Source of the DNA: an uncultured Thermoplasmatales archaeon
GTDB lineage: Archaea; Thermoplasmatota; E2; UBA202; DSCA01
NCBI GenBank assembly: GCA_964514975.1
Contig: CAZESS010000003.1
Location: 1-64,000 of the forward strand
Direction: 5' to 3'
DNA: 64,000 bases
Of this stretch, positions 54,560 to 62,244 are shown one piece after another. How positions within the stretch are numbered: position 1 is the stretch's first letter; every line of letters starts with the position of its first letter. The notes beneath the pieces were generated by a model that searched no databases, was not told the DNA's origin, and saw only the letters and a program-made list of their open reading frames with translations. Made by a program: the position numbers and the translations under genes.

Positions 54560-55657
54560 ATGAAGCTCCAGGAATACCAGGCAGCCGATATCTTCCGGCA
54601 GGCAGGCATCCCGGTCGCCGAGGGCTACCTCGTCACCGCTCCCGAGGAGATACGCGACGTCACCCGGCCCGTGGTTTTGAAGGCGCAGGTTCGCGTCGGA
54701 AAACGCGGCAAACACGGCGGCATCATGTTCGCCGACAGCCGGGAAGAGGCGATGAACAAGGCAGCAAAGCTGTTCGACATGCAGATACAGGGGCTCGACG
54801 TCAACGAGGTCTTGGTGGCGGAAAAAGCAGACGTGCAGCATGAGTACTACGTCGGCATGGTCATGGACCGCGAAACAAAGCGGCCGGTGCTCATTATGAC
54901 CAGCGAAGGCGGCATGGACATCGAGGAGGTGGCAGCAGAGCATTCCGACCGCATCGCAAAATATCCCGTCGACCCGGTCATGGGATTGCGCCGCTACGAG
55001 GCCATGTACCTCGCCGAAAAAATCGGGTTGCAGGGCAACAAGATGAAACAGATGGCAGGCATCGCCGTGAAACTTTACCAGGCATTCGACGCATACGACG
55101 GCGAGCTCGCCGAAATCAATCCCCTGGTCGCGACGCCCGACGGGCTGCTGGCCATCGACGCCGTGTTCAACATCGACGACAACGCTCTCTACCGCCAGGA
55201 CTTCGACAAAGAGAAAAGCCCGCTTGTCACCGAGCGGGAGAAAAAGGCCAGCGAGCATGGCCTCGCCTATGTCGACCTCGACGGCGAGGTTGCCATCATC
55301 GGCTGCGGCGCCGGCCTGGTCATGGCGACGCTGGACGCCGTGGCAGAATACGGCGGCAGCCCGGCCTGTTTCCTCGACCTGGGCGGCGGCGCCACCGCTG
55401 AAGACACGAGGCATGCGCTGGACATCGTCCAGATGAAGGACTCCGTTGCCACCATTTACCTGAACATCTTCGGCGGTATCACGCAATGCGACAAGATAGC
55501 GGAGGGCATCATCGAGGCCGCGCCGCACAAGCCGACAGTGATACGGATGCTGGGCACCAACGAGGAACAGGGCAAGGAGATGCTCCGCCAGGAAGGCTAC
55601 GAGGTCGTCGACGATATGACCGAGGGTGCCAGGAAGGCCGTGGAGCTCCTCGGATAG
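54560..55657 (+). CDS. sucC: Succinyl-CoA synthetase beta subunit
   Basis: MKLQEYQA, KAQV..GKRGK.GG, EGGMDIE, EINPL, GAGLVMATLD and NIFGGIT motifs. Confidence 0.9.
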   Translation: MKLQEYQAADIFRQAGIPVAEGYLVTAPEEIRDVTRPVVLKAQVRVGKRGKHGGIMFADSREEAMNKAAKLFDMQIQGLDVNEVLVAEKADVQHEYYVGMVMDRETKRPVLIMTSEGGMDIEEVAAEHSDRIAKYPVDPVMGLRRYEAMYLAEKIGLQGNKMKQMAGIAVKLYQAFDAYDGELAEINPLVATPDGLLAIDAVFNIDDNALYRQDFDKEKSPLVTEREKKASEHGLAYVDLDGEVAIIGCGAGLVMATLDAVAEYGGSPACFLDLGGGATAEDTRHALDIVQMKDSVATIYLNIFGGITQCDKIAEGIIEAAPHKPTVIRMLGTNEEQGKEMLRQEGYEVVDDMTEGARKAVELLG

Positions 55658-55658
55658 C

Positions 55659-55683
55659 TTTTTCCTTTTTTGTTTTCTTTTTT
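55659..55683 (+). terminator. Oligo-T terminator
   Basis: T-runs immediately after the sucC stop. Confidence 0.6.
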
Positions 55684-55691
55684 ACGAGGGG

Positions 55692-56057
55692 CTATTTGAG
55701 CAGCCAGTCGAGCGCGTCGTCCTTTGCCGCGAACACCGACAGCTTGGCTTCGGTCTTGCCTGCGATCGCGTCGAACAACTGTTTTTGTGTGTCGGAACTG
55801 GCGACAACTGCTATTTTGATACCACGAGCTGCAGGAAACGTCCGTGCAATGTGATGGCCGATAAACTGTGTTTCAGAACGAGAAATGGAATCGATGTCGA
55901 AGTCCGTCGTATCAACCAGGATACCTGAAAGGTCATGCTGCCGGCATTCATCAAGTACCTGATGTGATATGGGGAACACCTCATCGCGGGTGTAGACGCC
56001 GTGTGGTGTCACCTGGAGGTATGTGTCTCTCTGTTCTACATCGAGCTCAATGGTCAT
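55692..56057 (-). CDS. Hypothetical protein, SpoIIAA/STAS-like
   Basis: ILVD, KIAVV and VF...DDALDWL patterns. Confidence 0.5.
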   Translation of the reverse strand: MTIELDVEQRDTYLQVTPHGVYTRDEVFPISHQVLDECRQHDLSGILVDTTDFDIDSISRSETQFIGHHIARTFPAARGIKIAVVASSDTQKQLFDAIAGKTEAKLSVFAAKDDALDWLLK

Positions 56058-56336
56058 GGACCCTGGATGATAATAACACGCTGCATGCTATATACTTTAT
56101 TATTTTACGTGCAGCAGACCCCGGGGCATCCGACGGCGCCGTTCCGGTATGGATACGGGAAAGAAAGAAATGGACCGGACGGGATTTTCAAGTGCGGCAC
56201 CGGCCATGCCAGCATCGCTGTTTTTGAACCCGTGGCCTCTTCCTTGCGAAGGAAGCGATCTTCCGCTGATCTACCGGCCCATCTGAATCTGGAAATAGCA
56301 GCCCCCATTTTAAATTTGCGCTGCACGGGGAGGAGG

Positions 56337-58748
56337 CTATTCTATCTCGACGTGTGAGATGCCCTGCTCGTCCTCGTAGGTGCGGATGACGTACTCCATG
56401 CTGTCCTTGATTTCCTCGATGTGGGTGATGAGCAAGACCTGCTGGAACTGGCTGGAGAGCTCCCCAAGCGTGTTCAGCACGTTTGTGCGGCGCTCCCGGT
56501 CCTGCGACCCGAATATCTCGTCGAGGACGATGAAATGGAAGTCAACGCCGCCTGCCCGCTCGGCGATGACCTGGGAGATGGCGAGTCGGAGCGAAAGATT
56601 GGCGAGGTCTTCCTCGCCGCCTGAGAAGCGCTCGATGCCGAACTGTTCGCCCTCGTCATAGATAAAAATGTCGTAGTTGTCGTCGACCTCTATCTGGCTG
56701 TATTTGCCGGCGGTGAACACGCTGAAGAAATGGGATGCATAATGGGACAGCATGGGACCGATGCGCGATATCAGGTAGTGCTTGAACTCGTTGAGGAGAC
56801 CTGAGTCGCGTGGCCCGGCCAGCCGTTCGAGCTGCCGCATCGTTTGCCTGTACATTTCGATGTCCTCCCGTTTTTCTTTTTGCTCCGCTATCTCGGCTTT
56901 GAGTCGTTCAATCTCCCGGTCGACCTGTTCCTGCCGGGCGGTGAGCTGGATGCGTCGCTCCCGCATGTCCTGGAGCTGCTCCCGTTTCTGCTCATAGGTT
57001 TCCTCGAGCTGTCGGTAGCGCTCCCGGTCGAAATCCAGCGCTTCGACGGCGTCGTTGAGCTGCTCGAGCTGCTGCCGGGCCTGCTGGATGCCGTTGGTGG
57101 TCTGCTCGAGCTGCTCCTGCAGGGTGTCAAAGCGTTTGACCTCGCTGCGGAGCCCGATGATTGTTTCCCTGGTGTCCTGCAGTTTTGTGAGCTCCTCGGC
57201 CATCTGTTTGTAGCGTTCCTCGTCGAAGGCTACCTCGCCGATTTCCTGGATGCGGTGCCGTTTTTCCTGCAGCTTCTCCTGTTTGTCCGTTATCTGCTCC
57301 TGCAGGTGGCTGTGGCGCTGCGCTTTTTGCTTGAGCTGCTCGTACCGCTGCTCGAGTTCCTGTTTTTTGTCCCGGAGCTGCCGGAGCTGCTCGTCGAGCT
57401 CGCTTTGCTTCTCTTGGAGCTTTTCCCTGTGTTCCTCCAGCGTGTCTATTCGGTCCTGCAGCTCGGTGGCTTTGCCCCGGTAGTCCTGGAGTATGTCCTC
57501 GTAGCTTTCGCCGAGCTGGCGGCCGCAGGTCGGGCAGTCGCTTTCGGGACCCCGCTGCTCGATGGTGGAGCGATGTTTCTGCACCTCTTCCAGCTTGTCA
57601 TGGGCTGAAGCGAGCTTCGTCTCGGTGACCTTCAGGGAGCTGGTGGTCTCGCTGCGGCGCTCCCGCTGCTGCTCGAGCTGCCCGGCAACCCTGTCCAGTT
57701 GCTCCTTCACGGTCTCCCTGTCAGCGAGCGCCTCCTTGAGCGATGAGGTGGTCTCCCGCAGCTCCGCTATCTCTTTCTTGATTTCAGTGACGTCCTCCTG
57801 CAGCTGCTGGCGGGTGCGATGGCGCTCCCGCTGCTGCTCCATCTCCTCCTTTTTTTGTTTGATTTCCTCGTAGCGTTCCATTTTGGGCTGGAGCTCCTGG
57901 AGACGACGGCGTTTTTTTTGCAGCTCCTCTTTTTCATCCTGTTTTTGTTCCATCTGCTGCCGCCTGGACTGAAGGCGCTCCTCCACCGTGCTCTTCTGTT
58001 TCTGGAGCTCGTTGTACCGCTCATGTTTCTGTTTTTCCTCGTTGCGCTGCTCTTTGAGCCTGTCGACCCGGCTGGTGAGCGATGACAGCGCGCTCCGGGT
58101 TGCTTTCAGCCGGCTGTCGACGTCTTCCTTTGCCTGTCTCTGCTCTTTGCGTTGCTCTTTGAGCTCGTCGATGTCCTTGAGGGCGGATCGAAGCGCCTCG
58201 ACCTGCTGGCGTGTGTCGCGCCTGTCCTGCCGGACCCGCTTGACGGCTTCCTCTATTGCGTCGATGCCGAGCATCCGGAGCATGCTCCGCTTGCGCTCCC
58301 CGGGGGTCTTGCTGGAGAGCGCGTTGATTTCTTTTTGCCGGGCGACCAGCGAGGTATAAAAGGCGTCGTGGTCCATGCCCAGCTTTTTTTCGATGAGCTC
58401 GGTGGCGCCGCTTGCCGACGAGGCAGATACGAGCCCGTTGACCTTGACCGTCGCATCTGTGGACAGCGAGCTGCCGGTCATGATGCGCGTTATCTCGTAG
58501 TCGTCGTCGCCCAGCGAAAACGCGAGAGTGACATAGCATTCCTCGGCCGGCGGGGCGTCCTGGCGCTTGATGTTTTCCTTGTTTGTCCGGGCGACCCGGC
58601 TGCCGTAGAGCGCCCAGCCGACGGCCTCGATTATTGTGGACTTGCCGGTGCCGTTGTTGCCGATGATGGCGGTGATGCCCTCGGGAAACTCGATTTCTTC
58701 ATGCTGGAAAGCACGGTAGTTGTGCAGGACGATACGGCGGAGCTTCAC
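56337..58748 (-). CDS. rad50: Rad50/SbcC SMC-like ATPase
   Basis: Walker A GNNGTGKS, coiled coils, zinc hook CPTCG, signature SGGE, Walker B LDE and H-loop ITH. Confidence 0.93.
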   Translation of the reverse strand: MKLRRIVLHNYRAFQHEEIEFPEGITAIIGNNGTGKSTIIEAVGWALYGSRVARTNKENIKRQDAPPAEECYVTLAFSLGDDDYEITRIMTGSSLSTDATVKVNGLVSASSASGATELIEKKLGMDHDAFYTSLVARQKEINALSSKTPGERKRSMLRMLGIDAIEEAVKRVRQDRRDTRQQVEALRSALKDIDELKEQRKEQRQAKEDVDSRLKATRSALSSLTSRVDRLKEQRNEEKQKHERYNELQKQKSTVEERLQSRRQQMEQKQDEKEELQKKRRRLQELQPKMERYEEIKQKKEEMEQQRERHRTRQQLQEDVTEIKKEIAELRETTSSLKEALADRETVKEQLDRVAGQLEQQRERRSETTSSLKVTETKLASAHDKLEEVQKHRSTIEQRGPESDCPTCGRQLGESYEDILQDYRGKATELQDRIDTLEEHREKLQEKQSELDEQLRQLRDKKQELEQRYEQLKQKAQRHSHLQEQITDKQEKLQEKRHRIQEIGEVAFDEERYKQMAEELTKLQDTRETIIGLRSEVKRFDTLQEQLEQTTNGIQQARQQLEQLNDAVEALDFDRERYRQLEETYEQKREQLQDMRERRIQLTARQEQVDREIERLKAEIAEQKEKREDIEMYRQTMRQLERLAGPRDSGLLNEFKHYLISRIGPMLSHYASHFFSVFTAGKYSQIEVDDNYDIFIYDEGEQFGIERFSGGEEDLANLSLRLAISQVIAERAGGVDFHFIVLDEIFGSQDRERRTNVLNTLGELSSQFQQVLLITHIEEIKDSMEYVIRTYEDEQGISHVEIE

Positions 58749-59848
58749 TGGCTCACCTCCGCCAGGTATGATAGGGCGAGGTCACGGAGTTCTTCTTTGT
58801 CGTCTTCGATGGCGACATTGGACATATATTGTTTCCATTCCTCGGCCAGGGAGCCCAGGCGCCCCTGCCGGATGAGCTCCTGCTCCGCCTCCGCCATGTC
58901 ATAGGAAAGGTCGAAGTGTAACGCCTCAGAGGCAGCGCTGCGTATCGCATGGAAATCAAGGCTCCGGTACTCGGGACGGCTGATGTCACGGAGCACGACC
59001 CGGATGATGCATCCCTCAACAACGGAGTCATGCAGGGTGTCGATGACCTCGCGGGTTATCTCGTTGGCGTCACAGTCGCCGCAGTCGATGGCGCCGGCGT
59101 TTATCATGGACCGCGTTTCAACAGGCAGGGAGCGTATCTCGCCGGTGTCGGTGTCAAGCTCGAGCATGCCCTTGTCCTCGCCCGCCTCGGCGAAGGAGAG
59201 ATGCTCGGCGGAGCCCGCATACCAGGCGTTGTCGGTCACCCTGGTCTGCCGATGGTAGTGGCCCAGGGCGATGTAGTCCGCCTCCGACGGCAACGAGCCG
59301 GTGGGAACAACCTGCTCGTTGAAGTCCCCGGTCCGGAACTCCTTGATGCCGGACACGCCGACATGGAGCATCAGGAGATTGTATGCATCATCCTCGGGGG
59401 AAAAAGCGGCGAGGTTGTCCCGCAGCATGTCACCCGTCGAGCAATGGGGAATGCAGTGCACCAGAACGTTGTCGAAGCGGTGCTGCTCATATTGCCCGCG
59501 GTAGACGGGATACACGTTGTCGAGGTGCTCGAACACCCGGAAGACGCTGCCGGTCTCCCGGAGCTTCGGCGTTTCATGGTTGCCCGATATGAGCACCACG
59601 GGGATATCGGCCCTGGACAGGCGGATGAGCTGCTGCAGCGCGACGTTTAGCGCCCGGTTGGTCGGCCGCACCGTGTCGAACAGGTCGCCCCCGTGGACGA
59701 CCAGGTCGGGCTTTGCCTCTATGGCGTAGTCGATGCAACGCTCGAAGGCGTCGTAGACGTCGACCTCCCGCTGGTTGAGCCCGTTGTCCGCTGTTTTGTA
59801 GTATGCAGAGTAGCCGAGATGGGTGTCCGCCATGTGGAGAATATGCAT
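58745..59848 (-). CDS. mre11: Mre11/SbcD nuclease
   Basis: DTHLG, GDLFD, GNHE, ALGHYH and YAGS motifs; overlaps the rad50 start. Confidence 0.93.
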   Translation of the reverse strand: MHILHMADTHLGYSAYYKTADNGLNQREVDVYDAFERCIDYAIEAKPDLVVHGGDLFDTVRPTNRALNVALQQLIRLSRADIPVVLISGNHETPKLRETGSVFRVFEHLDNVYPVYRGQYEQHRFDNVLVHCIPHCSTGDMLRDNLAAFSPEDDAYNLLMLHVGVSGIKEFRTGDFNEQVVPTGSLPSEADYIALGHYHRQTRVTDNAWYAGSAEHLSFAEAGEDKGMLELDTDTGEIRSLPVETRSMINAGAIDCGDCDANEITREVIDTLHDSVVEGCIIRVVLRDISRPEYRSLDFHAIRSAASEALHFDLSYDMAEAEQELIRQGRLGSLAEEWKQYMSNVAIEDDKEELRDLALSYLAEVSQ

Positions 59849-59926
59849 CCATCATGGCAATGCACCAGGCGTTATAAGGATTTTCGACAGCGGAAACGAT
59901 TTGTAGGGCCAGCGGTATGCATGTCC

Positions 59927-60337
59927 ATGCGCAACCCCCGCCTGACGGTCGACGGCGTCATCGTTCGTGGCAGCAAGCTGTTGCTCATCCGCCGCGGCAA
60001 CCCGCCCTTCAAAAATACCTGGGCGCTCCCCGGCGGCTTCGTCGAATATGGAGAGACCGTGGAGAGAGCCGTCAGGCGGGAGGTCAGAGAGGAAACCTGC
60101 CTTGATACATCCATCAGACGATTGGTTGGCGTCTACAGCGACCCGGACCGTGACCCCCGGGGCCATACCGTTTCTGTCGTGTTTTTGCTCACCGTGGAGA
60201 GCGGCAGCCCGCAGGGCGGCGACGACGCCGCCGAGGCACGATGGTTCGACATCGCTGCTTTGCCGGAGCTGGCCTTTGACCATGCAAAGATTATAAGGGA
60301 TGCACTGGCTTTATGGCATGCAATGCAAACAGGATGA
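59927..60337 (+). CDS. NUDIX hydrolase (ADP-ribose pyrophosphatase-like)
   Basis: Nudix box PGGFVEYGETVERAVRREVREET; RDPRGH; LAFDH. Confidence 0.9.
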   Translation: MRNPRLTVDGVIVRGSKLLLIRRGNPPFKNTWALPGGFVEYGETVERAVRREVREETCLDTSIRRLVGVYSDPDRDPRGHTVSVVFLLTVESGSPQGGDDAAEARWFDIAALPELAFDHAKIIRDALALWHAMQTG

Positions 60338-60509
60338 CAACCTGGAGCGATGCAACTGCACATGGGAGGGCTGCCCGCGAAAGGGAAAATGCTGCGACTG
60401 CCTGCAACATCACTGGCAGAACCGGGAGCTGCCCGCCTGCCTGTTCCCCGACGACGTCGAACAATCCTACGACCGCTCGCTTGAGCGATTCATCGAACTA
60501 TACAGCTAG
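60318..60509 (+). CDS. Small Cys-rich protein (DUF6485-like)
   Basis: CNCT..GCPRKGKCCDC..HH...ELPAC.F pattern. Confidence 0.65.
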   Translation: MQCKQDDNLERCNCTWEGCPRKGKCCDCLQHHWQNRELPACLFPDDVEQSYDRSLERFIELYS

Positions 60510-61264
60510 AGCGGCACCTTCCGGCCCGACGGCGCCCGCCTGCGATGGCCGAAGTCATCCAGCCCGGCGAGCACGTCGCCGGTGAACACGGGTCCGTCAC
60601 GGCAGACATGATAGCCGTCGATGGCGCAGGAGTCGCACAATCCAATCCCGCATTTCATGTACCGTTCAAGGCTGGCCTGCAATGCCACGCCATGTTTTTG
60701 CGACCAGTCCAGGACTTTTTTCATCATCGGCTCCGGCCCGCACGTGTAGACCACGTCATGCTGCCCTATCTCGTCGAGCAGGTCGGTGACATAGCCATGG
60801 TGGCCCCGGGTGCCGTCATCGGTCGCTATCTGCACATCGGCTATGCCCGATAGTTGCCCGGGAAACAGGAGCCGGTCTGCGGTCTGCGCGCCGAGCAACA
60901 CCGTGGCATCGCTGCTCTGCTGTACCAATGGCAGGAGCGGTGCCGTACCAGTCCCGCCTGCAACATACAGATGCCGTGTGCCCTCCAGCGTGAAGCCCTG
61001 GCCGTAGGGGCCCCGGACGCCAATCCTGTCGCCGGGCTGCATGTCATGCAGCACCCGGGTTGCCTCGCCCTTTGCTTCGACGGTTATCGCCTGCCTGGCC
61101 TCGATGAGCGACAGCGACATGGGTATCTCGTCGACGGCCGGGATCCATACCATGACGAACTGGCCGGGCCGGGCACGACTGCACTGCTCGTCGGAAAAAA
61201 AGAAGGTTTTATGCAATGCTGTGTTGGTCTCGACGGTCTCGATGGCGTGGATGCGTGGAGCCAT
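60506..61264 (-). CDS. pyrK: Dihydroorotate dehydrogenase electron-transfer subunit (FAD, [2Fe-2S])
   Basis: PGQFVMVW, RGPYG, AGGTG, CGPEPM and CGIGLCDSC...C.DGPVF motifs. Confidence 0.85.
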   Translation of the reverse strand: MAPRIHAIETVETNTALHKTFFFSDEQCSRARPGQFVMVWIPAVDEIPMSLSLIEARQAITVEAKGEATRVLHDMQPGDRIGVRGPYGQGFTLEGTRHLYVAGGTGTAPLLPLVQQSSDATVLLGAQTADRLLFPGQLSGIADVQIATDDGTRGHHGYVTDLLDEIGQHDVVYTCGPEPMMKKVLDWSQKHGVALQASLERYMKCGIGLCDSCAIDGYHVCRDGPVFTGDVLAGLDDFGHRRRAPSGRKVPL

Positions 61265-61302
61265 AGATTGCAATGCGGCATTGCTACATATTGATTGCTG
61301 TG

Positions 61303-62169
61303 TTAGTCGAACAATGCCTCGTATTCGGGGACGACGTCGTCGACGAAGCGCTGCATCCCCTCCATGCTCTTGTAATGGGTGAGCATCTGTTTGATGACGT
61401 GGAAGGGCAGCGTGGCGATGTCGACGCCCATCTCCGCCACTTCTCGAGCCTGCCGGGCGTTGCGGATGCTGGCCGCGATGATCTCCGTCGGGAAATCATA
61501 GGCGGCGTAGATGGCGATGATGCTCGCCGCGAGCTCCACGCCGCTGTAGATGCCGTTGTCGTGCATGGCAGCGTTTTGCATGGCCTTGTAGAGCTCGCCG
61601 GGGTCGCCGTTCCATGTCCCGGTAGCGAGATGCTCCTCGATGGTCTGCATGAGCCATGCGTCGTGGTAGTCGCCCTTGTCAAACGCCACGCTCAGTTGCT
61701 TGCGGATGTAGTCGTCGATGCGGCCGAGGAACGGGCTGGCATAGGATGCGCCGGCCTTTGCGGCCATCAGCGCCTGCTCCGGGGTCATGACCAGTGTTGC
61801 GTTGGTGGGAATATCCTGGTCTGCGAGGCGGCGGATGGCCCGGAGGCCTTCGACGTTGCTGTCATCGTCCTGCATGGCGGTGTTGACGGGCACCTTGACG
61901 ACGACGTTGCCGTTGACCGGGTTGAACAGGTCGTAGAGCGTTTCTGCCTCACACACGATGTCGTCGGCCATGGTGCCCTTGACCTCGAGGCTGACCGGGC
62001 CGTCCACCTCGCGGCAGATATCCTGGATGTATTCCTCCATGTCGATGTCGCCGTGCTTCGCGACGGCTTTTTTGATGAGCGACGGGTTGGTGGTGACGCC
62101 GTCGACGATACCCCACGAACATGCCTCGCATATCTCGTCCAGGTCGGCGGTGTCGATAAAGACTTTCAT
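61303..62169 (-). CDS. tal: Transaldolase (TalC/MipB-type) with insertions
   Basis: FIDTAD, GVTTNPSL, SLEV (Glu), VVKVP (Schiff-base Lys), SPF.GR and AASIR motifs. Confidence 0.85.
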   Translation of the reverse strand: MKVFIDTADLDEICEACSWGIVDGVTTNPSLIKKAVAKHGDIDMEEYIQDICREVDGPVSLEVKGTMADDIVCEAETLYDLFNPVNGNVVVKVPVNTAMQDDDSNVEGLRAIRRLADQDIPTNATLVMTPEQALMAAKAGASYASPFLGRIDDYIRKQLSVAFDKGDYHDAWLMQTIEEHLATGTWNGDPGELYKAMQNAAMHDNGIYSGVELAASIIAIYAAYDFPTEIIAASIRNARQAREVAEMGVDIATLPFHVIKQMLTHYKSMEGMQRFVDDVVPEYEALFD

Positions 62170-62218
62170 GGTATCCGTCAATATGCTCAGGGTATATAGC
62201 CCTTTTCCGGCGGGACAA

Positions 62219-62244
62219 CAAAAGAAAAAAAAGAGGGGAAAAGG
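62219..62244 (-). terminator. Pyrimidine/oligo-T terminator
   Basis: Minus strand reads CCTTTTCCCCTCTTTTTTTTCTTTT after the stop, similar to the terminator of the paralog at 1314. Confidence 0.6.

Noticed and set aside
35403-55657. ATP-citrate lyase (aclAB)
   Set aside because: SucD is only 289 aa with no citrate-synthase-like C-terminal domain, and both subunits have SCS-like size and motifs.
56900-58250. Repetitive CTGCTC/GAGCTG texture as a DNA repeat
   Set aside because: Explained by Glu/Gln/Leu codons of the Rad50 coiled coils.
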